Source: Candidatus Harrisonbacteria bacterium (GTDB taxonomy: Bacteria > Patescibacteriota > Minisyncoccia > UBA6257 > 1-14-0-10-40-38). Taken from it: 64,000 nucleotides of DNA. Location: assembly GCA_023245035.1 (NCBI GenBank), contig JAHFLD010000003.1:55736-119735 (forward strand). The letters run 5' to 3'. Below are positions 10,320 to 21,400 of this stretch, piece after piece; positions within the stretch are counted from its first letter, which is position 1, and each line of letters begins with the position of its first letter. A model generated the notes under the pieces. That model was not told the DNA's origin. It made no database searches and saw nothing but the letters and a program-made list of their open reading frames with translations. A program made the translations under genes and the position numbers.

Positions 10320-10847
10320 ACCCTAAGATGAGGTGTTTTTGCGTGGCGCAAGCTGCGCGAGCGATCGGTCGTAGACCACGACCTTGATAGGCTCTCGGTG
10401 TACGCACAGCAATGTGTTTAGCCATGGAGTACTAATGATCGCAGTTACCCATTTCCCAAATTGATCATCCAGATGCCCATTAGATAAGAGTTCCGCTGGA
10501 ACTTATGTAATGCGGTGTCAGTAAACTTCTTTAAAAAAACAAAAGACAAACCGAGATCCGGAGAAGGGTCTGGCGCGCAAATGCTCTTGTCGGGATAGAT
10601 AATCCGACATCAGTCATCACTTGCCGACTGGCTTCGTCTGTCTAGCGAAGTTTGGTTTTGGCGGTGGCGTTCGGTTTTGGCTCCAGTCTGGTACTGTTAA
10701 TACCATGGCTGTCCGGCCCGAATGTAGCTAAGCATTGAGCACGGTTTTCCTTCTGCGGAGCTTGGTCGTTCCAATCAAACGACCGAGCTCCGCCCTTTCT
10801 CCGGGTTTCGGTGTTAACCTTACGAAAAAGATTTTCTTCAGCGATTT

Positions 10848-10962
10848 CCTGGTGATCTAGCGAAACGTGACCCACCTCTTCCCATTCCGAATAGAGAAGT
10901 GAAAGCGTTTCACTCCGATGATACTTGGCCTTTCGGGGCTCGGGAAAGTAGGATTTGCCGGG
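10848..10962 (+). rRNA. rrf: 5S rRNA
   Basis: CCTGGTGATCTAGCG...CCCACCTCTTCCCATTCCGAATAGAGAAGTGAAAGCG...GGGAAAGTAGGATTTGCCGGG aligns over its whole length to the bacterial 5S consensus (CCCATGCCGAACTCAGAAGTGAAAC...GAGAGTAGG). Lies 400 nt downstream of 23S. Confidence 0.85.
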
Positions 10963-11032
10963 AATTCATTGCAGAAAATTTTTTCCGATATACAGATTTT
11001 TTTATATATCATCATCGTGATAAGATTTGGCA

Positions 11033-11360
11033 TATGGAAAAGTTTTCCGGTGAACGGGGTGGCGAAAAGAATAAACTTATGGAGACGGAGGTTTTTAGTC
11101 GAATATGCCGAGTTCTTGTTTCCGAATTACATACTTTATATGCCGATATGGCTTTTGGGGCGACCGTCGAGGAAGTGAGGTCGGTTTTTAAATTTAAGGA
11201 TGGGGAAAAATTGCCGGCGAGCCGAATTGTTTTGGATAAAATCGCCAGAATCGTGGGTGAGCAGACGATTTCTTATACCATTAAGGATTTGCGTGAACTT
11301 TACGATGAGCTAACTGTCGGTTGGGAGAAGTTTGTGGCACCTCTTGAGGAGGGGAATTAA
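11033..11360 (+). CDS. Hypothetical small protein
   Basis: ATG-initiated sub-ORF of the listed 10899 ORF, whose 5' end overlaps 5S rRNA. No motif recognised. Confidence 0.3.
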
Positions 11361-11363
11361 AAT

Positions 11364-12233
11364 TTGACATTTGCACTTTTATGTGCGAGACTCGATGTAG
11401 CTCTTTTGATTGAATGGTGTGGTGGGAAGAGCGGCATATCTCTGCGACGGCTCTTTAATCGGGGAGACCCGACAGCTTACCGGACAATCAATTCTTTAGA
11501 TTTCTCCAAAGGTGCTGGCTTAGAAATAAGTCAGCATTTTTTTTGCGCGACTTTTATACGAGGAAAAATTGACTTTGGCGAGCTGTCGTTTTATTATTGC
11601 CACGGAACTTTGAAATCCAAAAACTTTTTTCTGGAGAAAAAGATGGCATGGATTGCTAAACTTTTCCTGTCTACTGATCAATTTATCCTTCGCTTTTGTA
11701 CTCGCTTGGCTCATTTACTTCAGCGGACGATGGGCATTACGAGCTACTTGCTGGCGAAAAACTTCGTGGTTTTGTCTCTAGTAGTGTTTGCCCTAGATAT
11801 TCTCAATTTTTTTCTGCCGATTCTTAGCCAGCCAACAGAGCTTTTGGCTTTGGTTGGTCTTGCGGGCATGCTCATTCTCACATTCCCGCAAACACTTTCT
11901 TTTATCAGTGAAATGAACAAGGTGCATGATGCTTTTTGTCGCGGAGAAATTCCTAATATTGCGATTGAGCGAGAGCAACCAAGTAGTCCTTTTGCCGTTG
12001 TTCGCGTTTACTTTCTGATGATGCAATGCCTAAGGTATTGGTCTTTCTTTTCGGATTTGAAAGCTTATCGCAGTTTTTTTCTTGAATTTTTTGACCGCTC
12101 TCTTTTTTTGTTTGTCGCTCTAGCCCTTTACTTTATGCTGGTCAGGCCACTGCCGCCGGGGACGACCAAGGTTGGCGAATGGGTCAAGGGATTCAGGTTG
12201 AGAGGCCAAAAGTTGGCGAGTCAGAAGGGTTAA
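11364..12233 (+). CDS. Hypothetical membrane protein
   Basis: 289 aa with several hydrophobic helices in the C-terminal half. No recognisable catalytic motif. Confidence 0.4.
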   Translation: MTFALLCARLDVALLIEWCGGKSGISLRRLFNRGDPTAYRTINSLDFSKGAGLEISQHFFCATFIRGKIDFGELSFYYCHGTLKSKNFFLEKKMAWIAKLFLSTDQFILRFCTRLAHLLQRTMGITSYLLAKNFVVLSLVVFALDILNFFLPILSQPTELLALVGLAGMLILTFPQTLSFISEMNKVHDAFCRGEIPNIAIEREQPSSPFAVVRVYFLMMQCLRYWSFFSDLKAYRSFFLEFFDRSLFLFVALALYFMLVRPLPPGTTKVGEWVKGFRLRGQKLASQKG

Positions 12234-12308
12234 ACATTTTGTTTAGCCACTTAGCGGGGTTTTAGACCCCGCTTTTTTTTGCGCGGTTTTTGCGATAGTA
12301 TTCAAGCA

Positions 12309-13070
12309 ATGGCTTCGCGCGGTTTGAAACAACTGATTTACGGTGTTTTGTATTTGGTGGTTTTTGGCGGACTGGCTTTTAGTATTTATTTTTTTAATTT
12401 CCGCGTAGGCGGAACTTGCGTTGACCTGCAACAAAACCAGCACGAGACGGGCGTTGATTGCGGAGGAGAGTGCGTTTCGTGCGAGATAAAAAATTTAGTG
12501 CCCATCAAGGTTGGATCGGTTTCGATTTTTAATTCCGGTTCGGTGGTTAACACGCTGACTCAAGTTTGGAATTTGAATTCCTCCTATGGCGCCCGCCGTT
12601 TTAATTATACGCTGTCTCTCTACGATGAAAGTGGGAATCTTTTGAAATCTTTTGAAAAGGTTTCTTTGGTTTATCCGGCGGAGTTTAAATATGTGCTGGA
12701 TACGGGCCTTGATTTTGGGGGTGTGATTCCGACGCGCGCGACTTTTAGGGTTAAAGAGGTTTTCTGGGAACCAATTGCCACCCTGGCTAGACCAAGAGTC
12801 AGTTATCGCGGAATAAAAGTCGAGACTCAAGCCTCCAAGATTGCCGTTTCCGGCCTGGTGGTAAACGAGAACCCCTTCGCGTTGCGTTCGGTGGCGGTGC
12901 AGGCGATTATTTTTGCTTCCAGTACCCACCCCGATCTTTTTTCGAAAACCGCGATTAATGATTTGATTCCCGGAGAAGAGCGCCCGTTTACAGTCTTTAT
13001 TCCGATTACGGCCTCGGTCGCTCCCATAGCACCGGATGAGGTTTCGCTGGCTTTAGAGCCCGCGAGATAG
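12309..13070 (+). CDS. Hypothetical membrane-anchored or secreted protein with Cys-rich CVDLQ...CGGECVSC motif
   Basis: N-terminal TM or signal-anchor (LIYGVLYLVVFGGLAFSIYFF) followed by a Cys cluster and a beta-rich domain. ATG at 12309 in frame with the listed 12279 ORF. Confidence 0.5.
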   Translation: MASRGLKQLIYGVLYLVVFGGLAFSIYFFNFRVGGTCVDLQQNQHETGVDCGGECVSCEIKNLVPIKVGSVSIFNSGSVVNTLTQVWNLNSSYGARRFNYTLSLYDESGNLLKSFEKVSLVYPAEFKYVLDTGLDFGGVIPTRATFRVKEVFWEPIATLARPRVSYRGIKVETQASKIAVSGLVVNENPFALRSVAVQAIIFASSTHPDLFSKTAINDLIPGEERPFTVFIPITASVAPIAPDEVSLALEPAR

Positions 13071-13078
13071 CTTGTATT

Positions 13079-14155
13079 ATGCTTTTGCATCTTCGCCGCC
13101 AGGATTGGATGCTGACCGGCGCCATTGTGCTCTTGGCGATGATGAGTTTGGCGGCTATTCGGAGCGCTAACGCCGCCTTGTTTTGGACCCAACTTATTTG
13201 GTTTGTGGTCGGTTTTTTGGCCGTCGTGCTTTTTTCTTTGGTTGATTGGCGGCCGCTGGTTAATTATCGTTGGGTGGTTTTTGGGTTTTACGCCCTGGCA
13301 GTGGTGCTTTTGATTGTGACGCTGATTGCCGCCCCAACGATTCGCGGGACCAAAGGTTGGCTAGTGCTCGGCAGTTTGCGCTTTCAAGTTTCGGAGTTGG
13401 CCAAAATTACCGTTCTGATCGTGTTGGCGCATTTTTTTGCCCGCCAGCATGTTTGGATCGCCAATATTCACACGATTATCCGCTCTTTTATTTACGTGGC
13501 CTTGCCGGCTTTGATTGTTATTAATGAGCCGGATTGGGGGTCGGCTCTGATTTTTTGGGCGCTCTGGGTTGGTTTTTTGCTAATCGCCGGTTTGCGGGTT
13601 CGCCATGTGATTATCGGTTTGGTGGCGCTGGCCGCGCTTTCTTTTGTTGGCTGGAACTTGGTGCTGCAAGATTATCAAAAGGAGCGGATCCTGGGATTTT
13701 GGCAGCCGGCTTATGATCCGCTCGGCGTGAATTACAATGTTATTCAATCCAAGATAGCGATTGGTTCGGCGGGACTTTTGGGGAAAGGCTTCGCCCAGGG
13801 AACTCAGGTGCGCCTGGGTTTTTTGCCCGAAGCATCAACCGATTTTATTTTCGCGGCGTTCACGGAGGAGTGGGGAATCTTGGGCGCGTTATTCTTGCTC
13901 ATGGTTTTTTTCTTTATTATTTTTAGGATTTTGCTCATTGGCTGGCGCGCGCCGGACAATTTTTCTCGCTTTGTGTGCCTGGGGACGGTGCTGGTATTTC
14001 TGGTGGAATTTTTTTTGAACATCGGTTCCAATCTCGGCTTGGTGCCGGTTATCGGCGTAACCTTTCCTCTTTTTAGTTACGGCGGTTCCAGTCTTTTGAC
14101 CAAGATGATGCTCATTGGTATCATCCAGAGCATCGTCCGACGTTCTTCGTTTTAA
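13079..14155 (+). CDS. rodA: SEDS-family peptidoglycan glycosyltransferase (RodA/FtsW)
   Basis: 10 TM helices and the conserved SEDS blocks (SELAKI..VLAHFF; AIGSAGLLGKGF..G; TDFIFAAF; FPLFSYGGSSLL). Confidence 0.85.
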   Translation: MLLHLRRQDWMLTGAIVLLAMMSLAAIRSANAALFWTQLIWFVVGFLAVVLFSLVDWRPLVNYRWVVFGFYALAVVLLIVTLIAAPTIRGTKGWLVLGSLRFQVSELAKITVLIVLAHFFARQHVWIANIHTIIRSFIYVALPALIVINEPDWGSALIFWALWVGFLLIAGLRVRHVIIGLVALAALSFVGWNLVLQDYQKERILGFWQPAYDPLGVNYNVIQSKIAIGSAGLLGKGFAQGTQVRLGFLPEASTDFIFAAFTEEWGILGALFLLMVFFFIIFRILLIGWRAPDNFSRFVCLGTVLVFLVEFFLNIGSNLGLVPVIGVTFPLFSYGGSSLLTKMMLIGIIQSIVRRSSF

Positions 14156-14164
14156 TTTTTAAAC

Positions 14165-15142
14165 ATGCGAGATCGCCGTTTATTTTTTTTGGCCACCGGA
14201 ATCTTTTTATTTTTTGTTTTGATTTTATTGGGTTCGGTTCAAGCAGAAAGCAAGCCCGATTTTTTTTCCGTAAGTTCCGGCGAAAGCTTGCATGAGATTG
14301 CCGGCAGGCTCAAGGAGCAAGATCTGATTCGTTCGCGGCTGATGTTTGAGATTTACGCCCATCTTTCGGGAGCGGCTTCCGGTGTTAAGTCTGGCGGATA
14401 TTTTTTGGACGCCGCATCAACGACGCCGGAGATCGCGCGAATGCTTAGGAATGGACCCGAAACTCGCGAGATTTTGGTTGTGGAAGGAGCTACGCTTGGC
14501 GAAGTTGATAAGATGCTAGCGGGGGCTGGTGTTATCGTCGCTCATTCTTTGCAGGCGTTGTTGCCCGTCGAGCTCATGGGTGAATTTCCATTTATTTCAG
14601 GCGCCACTTCTCTGGAGGGTTTTCTTTTTCCGGATACTTACCGTTTTTTGATGGGAACCTCGCCACGCGAGGTGGCGAGGATTTTTTTGCGTAATTTTGA
14701 ACGGCGGGTCGCCGATCTGATTTCGCTCAAATCGCCAAAACTTTACGCGACAATTATCAAGGCTTCGCTTTTGGAGAAGGAGGCGATTCGGTTTAAAGAC
14801 CGGGCTTTGATCTCGGGAGTAATTGACGCGAGAATCGCGGCGCGGATTCCGTTGCAGATTGACGCGACTGTTGGCTATCTCCGTTGCGCCGGTGTCTTTT
14901 TGGATTGCCCGCCGCTTCGCCGCGCCGATTATTCAGTTAATTCTCCTTTTAATACTTACAAAGTTTTGGGCTTGCCCCCGGCGCCAATCGCTAATCCGGG
15001 ACTGGAAGCTATTCGAGCGGCCTTGCATCCGGAGGGTTCCGGCTTTTGGTACTATCTTTCCGATCCGAAAACAGGCAAGATATTTTTTTCCGAGACGTTT
15101 GACGAGCACAATGAAAAAAGAGCCAAATATCTCGGTCTTTAG
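14165..15142 (+). CDS. mltG: Endolytic murein transglycosylase MltG (YceG family)
   Basis: N-terminal TM anchor plus the YceG-like domain. The gene follows rodA. Confidence 0.75.
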   Translation: MRDRRLFFLATGIFLFFVLILLGSVQAESKPDFFSVSSGESLHEIAGRLKEQDLIRSRLMFEIYAHLSGAASGVKSGGYFLDAASTTPEIARMLRNGPETREILVVEGATLGEVDKMLAGAGVIVAHSLQALLPVELMGEFPFISGATSLEGFLFPDTYRFLMGTSPREVARIFLRNFERRVADLISLKSPKLYATIIKASLLEKEAIRFKDRALISGVIDARIAARIPLQIDATVGYLRCAGVFLDCPPLRRADYSVNSPFNTYKVLGLPPAPIANPGLEAIRAALHPEGSGFWYYLSDPKTGKIFFSETFDEHNEKRAKYLGL

Positions 15143-15261
15143 TCTGTTTTGCGGGGGTTGTGGGTAGGGTATTGACACGCATAACCCTTCTCGTGTTAAA
15201 TGACAGGTATACTTATAAAAACGGACAGAGCCACGTCGCGCGGCGTTTTTTTGTTCTAAAA

Positions 15262-18200
15262 ATGTCTAAACTACCGACGAAATCGTTTTCATCTCACCCG
15301 GGCGCATTTATAAACATTCCTAATCTCGTCGAAATTCAAACCACCTCTTATCGGTGGTTTCTGACCGATGGGTTGAAGGAGCTTTTGGCCGAGGTTTCTC
15401 CGGTCAAGGATTTTACCGGCAAGGATCTGGAGCTTTACTTCCTTGATTACTACTTTGATGAGCCAAAGTATGACGAGGAGTTTTCTAAAACCAAGGCTTT
15501 GACCTATGAGGCTCCGTTGCGGGTCAAGTTGAAGCTGGTCAATAACCGATTAAAAGAAGAAAAGGAGCAGGAGGTATACTTTGGCGATTTTCCGCTCATG
15601 ACGGAGCGGGGAACCTTTATTATTAACGGCGTTGAACGGGTGGTTGTTTCCCAGCTTATCCGGTCATCGGGAGTTTATTTCACCGCCAACTTGTGGCGCG
15701 GTAAGAAGTTGTTCGGAGCCAAGATTATTCCCAACCGCGGAGCTTGGCTTGAATTTGAAACCGACAGCGATGGTACCATCGGAGTTAAGATTGATCGCCG
15801 CCGCAAGGCCTACGCGACCAGCTTGTTGCGGGTTTTCGGCCTGACTACGGACGCGCAAATTTTAGACGCGTTTAAAGATCTTGATCCACAGGCGTTTGAA
15901 TATATTTCGGCGACGCTTAAAAAGGATCCGGCGAAGGAGGCCGATGAGTCTTATTTTGAGATTTATAAGAGAATTCGTCCGGGAGATTTGGCGTCCATTG
16001 AAAACGTGCGGGCGCTCATTGATGCCATGTTCCAACGGTTGGATCGCTACGATCTTTCGGTAGTTGGCCGTTTTAAACTTAATCAACGACTTCATATTGC
16101 CGACAAGCGAAAGAAGGATGCGCGGCTTTTGGATGCCGAGGACATGATTTTGATTCTTAAAGAAATCGCCCGACTTAATGCCGAGCAGACTGCCGAGCCG
16201 GATGATATTGACCATTTGGGTAATCGGCGGGTGCGTCCGGTGGGGGAGTTATTGCAAGGAAGATTGCGGGTCGGTTTTGCCCGCCAGCGCAGGATTATTC
16301 AGGATCGGATGTCGACGCTTGACATCAACACTCTGACGCCGGTGCAGTTGGTCAATATTAAGCCGCTGATTTCCGTGGTCAAAGAATTTTTCTCGTCTTC
16401 CCAGCTTTCGCAATTCATGGATCAGGTCAATCCGCTGGCGGAAATTGAGCATAAGCGGCGTATTTCGGCGATGGGTCCCGGAGGATTGGCTCGCGAGCGA
16501 GCGGGGTTTGAGGTTCGCGACGTGCATCGATCTCATTATGGCCGGATTTGCCCAATCGAAACTCCGGAGGGATCTAACATCGGATTGATTAACCATTTGG
16601 CGAACTTTTCCCGCTTGAACAGTCTTGGTTTTTTGGAGACTCCTTACGCGGTGGTTAAAGATGGCAAGATTACCAAGGAAATTGTTTGGTTGAATGCACT
16701 AGAGGAAGAGCGGTTTAACATTGCTCACGCGGGAGTGCCTTTTACCGCCGAGGGAGAACTTATCGGCGAGGTGATTGAGGCGCGAATCAACGGCGAACCC
16801 GGAACCTGTTTTCGAGCGGAGGTTAATCTTATTGACGTAGCGCCGCACCAGGCGATTAGTTTGGCGACGGCTCTTATTCCATTTTTGGAACATGACGATG
16901 CCGCTCGGGCGTCCATGGGTTCCAACATGCAACGTCAAGCCGTCGTTTCGGTGCACCCGCAGGCGCCCTATGTCGGTACCGGCATGGAGGAGCGGGCGGC
17001 CCTGGACTCCGGTTATATCGTTCGAGCTCCGCAGGAGGGCGTGGTGACTTCGGTTTCCGCAAGCGAAGTAGTGCTTAAAACCAAGTCGGATACTATCCGC
17101 TACCCGCTGATGAATTTTAAGCGCTCCAACCAATTTACCTCCATTTCTCAGCGACCGCTGGTAGAAAAAAATCAGAAGGTAAAGAAGGGCGATATGTTGG
17201 CCGATGGGCCGGCGATTGACAATGGCGTGCTGGCGCTCGGACAGAACTTATTAGTGGCTTTTGTTTCGTGGGGCGGCGGAAACTTTGAAGACGCTATCGT
17301 GCTTTCGGAGCGCGTGGTTCAGCAAGACCGCTTTACTTCAATTCACATTGAGGACTTTGATATCGATGTTCGTGATACCAAGCTGGGACCGGAGATGACG
17401 ACGCCGGACATCCCGAATGTTTCCGAAGAAAAACTTAAGAATCTTGACGAAGAGGGAATTATTAGAGTTGGCGCCGAGGTGAAGGCGGGCGATATTTTGG
17501 TCGGTAAGATTTCACCAAAAGGCGAGAGTGATCTGACCTCCGAGGAGCGTTTGTTGCGCGCCATCTTTGGCGAGAAGGCGAGAGACGTTAAGGATACGTC
17601 GCTCACAGTGCCTCACGGCAAGTATGGCCGAGTGGTCGGGATTAAGATTTTTTCCCGAGATCGGGGAGACAAGCTGGATCCAGGAGTTATCAGTCGAATT
17701 CAGGTGCAGGTGGCCCAGTTGCGCAAGGTGCGAGCCGGTGACAAGCTGGCCGGGCGACATGGAAACAAGGGTGTCATTTCCCAGGTTCGGCCGGTGGAAG
17801 ATATGCCCTATCTGGAGGATGGGACGCCGGTTGATGTGGTACTGAATCCTTTGGGCGTGGCTTCGCGTATGAACCTGGGCCAGATTTTGGAAACACACTT
17901 GGGTTGGGCGGCCTACACTCTTGGTTATCGGGCGGTAACGCCGGCGCTCGCGGGAGCCACCGAAGAACAGATTCGTGGCGAGTTATTGAAGGCTGGTTTG
18001 CCGGAGGATGGCAAGGTTACGCTATATGACGGCCGAACGGGTCAATCATTTCATCGCAAGGTGACGGTTGGAGTTATTTATGTAATGAAGCTGAACCACT
18101 TGGTGGAAGATAAGATTCACATGCGATCCATCGGCCCGTATTCTTTGATTACGCAACAGCCATTGGGCGGTAAGGCGCAGTTTGGCGGTCAGCGCTTTGG

Positions 18201-18435
18201 CGAAATGGAGGTCTGGGCGCTTGAGGGTTATGGCGCGGCTTATACTCTGCAGGAAATGCTGACCAACAAGTCGGACGACATTATGGGACGATCTTCAACC
18301 TATGAATCAATCATTAAAGGTGAAGCCATTAAGACGCCGAATATTCCGGCTTCGTTTAATGTGCTAATGAGCGAGCTCAAGGCTTTGGGATTGAGCGTTG
18401 AATTGGTCGACCATCAAGAGCCGCCGGAGAGGTAA
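15262..18435 (+). CDS. rpoB: DNA-directed RNA polymerase subunit beta
   Basis: Hallmark RpoB blocks throughout (TSYRWF; GRFKLNQRL; NPLAEIEHKRRISAMGPGGL; FGEMEVWALEGYGAAY). ATG at 15262; the listed ORF begins earlier at a non-ATG codon. Confidence 0.95.
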   Translation: MSKLPTKSFSSHPGAFINIPNLVEIQTTSYRWFLTDGLKELLAEVSPVKDFTGKDLELYFLDYYFDEPKYDEEFSKTKALTYEAPLRVKLKLVNNRLKEEKEQEVYFGDFPLMTERGTFIINGVERVVVSQLIRSSGVYFTANLWRGKKLFGAKIIPNRGAWLEFETDSDGTIGVKIDRRRKAYATSLLRVFGLTTDAQILDAFKDLDPQAFEYISATLKKDPAKEADESYFEIYKRIRPGDLASIENVRALIDAMFQRLDRYDLSVVGRFKLNQRLHIADKRKKDARLLDAEDMILILKEIARLNAEQTAEPDDIDHLGNRRVRPVGELLQGRLRVGFARQRRIIQDRMSTLDINTLTPVQLVNIKPLISVVKEFFSSSQLSQFMDQVNPLAEIEHKRRISAMGPGGLARERAGFEVRDVHRSHYGRICPIETPEGSNIGLINHLANFSRLNSLGFLETPYAVVKDGKITKEIVWLNALEEERFNIAHAGVPFTAEGELIGEVIEARINGEPGTCFRAEVNLIDVAPHQAISLATALIPFLEHDDAARASMGSNMQRQAVVSVHPQAPYVGTGMEERAALDSGYIVRAPQEGVVTSVSASEVVLKTKSDTIRYPLMNFKRSNQFTSISQRPLVEKNQKVKKGDMLADGPAIDNGVLALGQNLLVAFVSWGGGNFEDAIVLSERVVQQDRFTSIHIEDFDIDVRDTKLGPEMTTPDIPNVSEEKLKNLDEEGIIRVGAEVKAGDILVGKISPKGESDLTSEERLLRAIFGEKARDVKDTSLTVPHGKYGRVVGIKIFSRDRGDKLDPGVISRIQVQVAQLRKVRAGDKLAGRHGNKGVISQVRPVEDMPYLEDGTPVDVVLNPLGVASRMNLGQILETHLGWAAYTLGYRAVTPALAGATEEQIRGELLKAGLPEDGKVTLYDGRTGQSFHRKVTVGVIYVMKLNHLVEDKIHMRSIGPYSLITQQPLGGKAQFGGQRFGEMEVWALEGYGAAYTLQEMLTNKSDDIMGRSSTYESIIKGEAIKTPNIPASFNVLMSELKALGLSVELVDHQEPPER

Positions 18436-18468
18436 TTTTTTGCCGAATATCTTTAATTTAACTTCACT

Positions 18469-21400
18469 ATGAATTTTAACGCCATCAAATTAAAAATTGC
18501 TTCTCCGGATGAAATCTTGCAGTGGTCTCACGGCGAGGTGATTAAACCCGAGACAATTAACTATCGCACCCAGCGGCCGGAGAAGGATGGGCTTTTTTCC
18601 GAGCGTATTTTTGGTCCAACCAAGGATTGGGAATGTTATTGCGGTAAGTATCGCCGTTCGCGATACAAGGGTATTGTTTGCGATAAGTGCAATGTTGAAG
18701 TTACTCGTTCCGCGGTGCGCCGCGAGCGGATGGGACACATTATGCTAGCCGCGCCGGTAGCGCATATTTGGTTTTTAAAAAATGCTCCTTCAAAGATTAG
18801 TCTCTTCTTAGATGTCTCGGTTCCTAAGTTGGAGCGAGTTATCTATTACACGGCTTACATTGTGACCGGAGTTAATGAGGCCAACAAAAAGAAGATTGCC
18901 GAAGAGTTGGAGCGGGAGTTTAAGTCGCGCAAAAAGAATATCGCCGAAGAGGGGGTGAATCTGGAGACTCTTCGCTCGGCCATGAGCGATGTGGAGGAGC
19001 AGTTGGAAAAATTGGCGGTGGGAACTATTTTGACCGAGGCCGAATTTCACTCCTTGTCTTTGCGTTTTGCGAATGCTTTTGAGGCTGGGACCGGCGCGGA
19101 GGCGGTGCGCAAGATTTTGGCGGCCATTGATTTGAAATCTTTAGTGCAGGCTCTTTTGAAGGAGCTGGTTATCCAAAAAGATTCTTTGCGGGAGGTGCGG
19201 ATCTTACGCCGACTCAAACTGGCGCAATCAATGTTGCGCAATAATTTGCGACCCGAGTGGATGATTCTTTCGGTCTTGCCGGTTCTGCCGCCAGATTTGC
19301 GCCCGATGGTGGCGCTCGACGGGGGACGCTATGCCACTTCGGACTTGAACGATCTTTATCGCCGAGTCATCAACCGCAATAACCGTTTAAAAAAGTTGAT
19401 GGAGCTCAAGGCGCCCGAAGTTATCGTGACCAATGAGAAGAGAATGCTTCAGGAGGCGGTGGACGCGCTGGTAGACAACTCGGCGCGATTCGGCACGCAA
19501 CAGATGTCGGCGCAAAAGCGGCCACTCACATCGCTAGCGGATCAGCTGAAGGGCAAACAGGGGCGTTTCCGGCAGAACCTGCTTGGAAAGCGAGTGGATT
19601 ATTCCGGGCGTTCGGTGATTGTGATCGGGCCGGAGCTGAAACTGGGCCAGTGCGGGTTGCCAAAGCGGATGGCTTTAGAGCTGTTCAAACCCTTTGTTAT
19701 CAGCAAGATTATTGAACGCGGTTTGGCGCATAACATTCGCAATGCTAACCGTTTAATTGAGCAGACAACTCCGGAAGTTTGGGAAATTTTGGAGGAGGTG
19801 ATTCAAAACCGCAAGGTGCTTTTGAATCGCGCTCCGACGCTGCATCGGCTGGGTATTCAGGCTTTTCAGCCTCTTTTGATTGAAGATTTGGCAATTCGGA
19901 TTCCACCGATGGTTTGCCAGGCTTTTAACGCTGACTTTGATGGCGACCAGATGGCGGTTCATTTGCCGCTTTCTGAAGATGCCCAGCGGGAAGCTTCGGA
20001 GATCATGCTTTCCAGCCGCAACCTCTTAAAGCCGGCGAGCGGCGATCCAATCGCGACTCCCAGCCAAGATATTGTTTTGGGTTGCTATTTTTTGACCAAA
20101 ATTGACGAAGCCGGGTTTGGAACCGGTCGGCGTTTTTCCGATAACAACGAGGCCTTGTTGGCGCACGAAAACGCCATAGTTGAGATTAATGCCCTAATTA
20201 AGATCGGACCGGCGCGAGCGGAATTGGAGACTTCGGTCGGGCGACTGATATTTAATGCCGTTCTTCCCACTGGGTTTCGTTATGTAAATGAACTGATGAA
20301 TAAAAAAACCCTCTCACGCTTGGTGGGAGAAATTATCAACGCCTATGGCATTGAGGCGTCGGCTGACGTGCTCGACAACATCAAAAAAGTTGGTTTTGAA
20401 TATGCCACTAAGTCCGGAACGAGCTGGGGTATGGCCGATTTGCAGACGCCGCCGGAGAAGGAGTTGTTGGTTAAGGGCGCGGAGGTGGAGATTGGTATTA
20501 TTCGCCAACAGTTTGCCGAGGGTTTGCTGACCGATTCCGAACGCCGGAGCCGGGTAGTGGCGGCCTGGAAAAAAGTGGTGGACAAGCTTAACAAAGAGAT
20601 CGTTCCCAAAACACTTTCGGCGCATAGTTCGGTTTATTCCATTATTGATTCCGGCGCCCGTGGTTCCTGGTCACAGCCGGGACAGATGATGGGTATGAAA
20701 GGATTGGTGCAAAATCCAAAGAACGAAGTTATTGAGTTGCCGGTGCGCTCGTCTTTTAAACAGGGCTTGGGTGTGCTGGAATACTTTATTTCCACGCACG
20801 GGTCGCGAAAAGGTTTGACCGATACGGCTCTTAAGACCGCGTCGGCCGGTTATTTGACCCGCCGCTTGGTAGATGTCGCGCAAGATGTGATTGTTCAAGA
20901 AAATGATTGTAAGACCGATAAGGGCGTTGAGATACGGCGCGCGGACGGATTGTCTTTCGGCAGTTCTTTCGCGAGCAGACTTTTTTCTCGCACCTTGTTG
21001 CAGGATGTTAAGATTGAACGCAAGATTTTGGCGCGAGCGGGGGAGATTGTCGATCGGCAGATGTCTTATGATATAGAAAAAGCGGCGGTTGATTCGGTTT
21101 GGGTTCGTTCGCCGATGACTTGCGAGACCCTATTCGGCGTTTGTTCGCAGTGTTATGGCTATGATTTGGGGACCAACAAAAAAGTGGCGATTGGGTCGGC
21201 TGTCGGTATTGTGGCCGCGCAATCAATCGGTGAACCGGGAACCCAGCTAACCATGAGAACTTTCCACATCGGTGGTGTTGCCGGCGCGGACATTACGCAT
21301 GGCTTGCCTAGAATTGAGGAGTTATTTGAAGCTCGACCGCCCAAGGGTAAGGCCTTGTTGGCCGATGAAGATGGCGTGGTGGCGGCCATTGAAAACAAGG

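Noticed and set aside
10899-11032. 5' part of listed ORF 10899-11360
   Set aside because: It overlaps the 5S rRNA gene. The first in-frame ATG downstream of 5S (11033) is a more plausible start if the gene is real.
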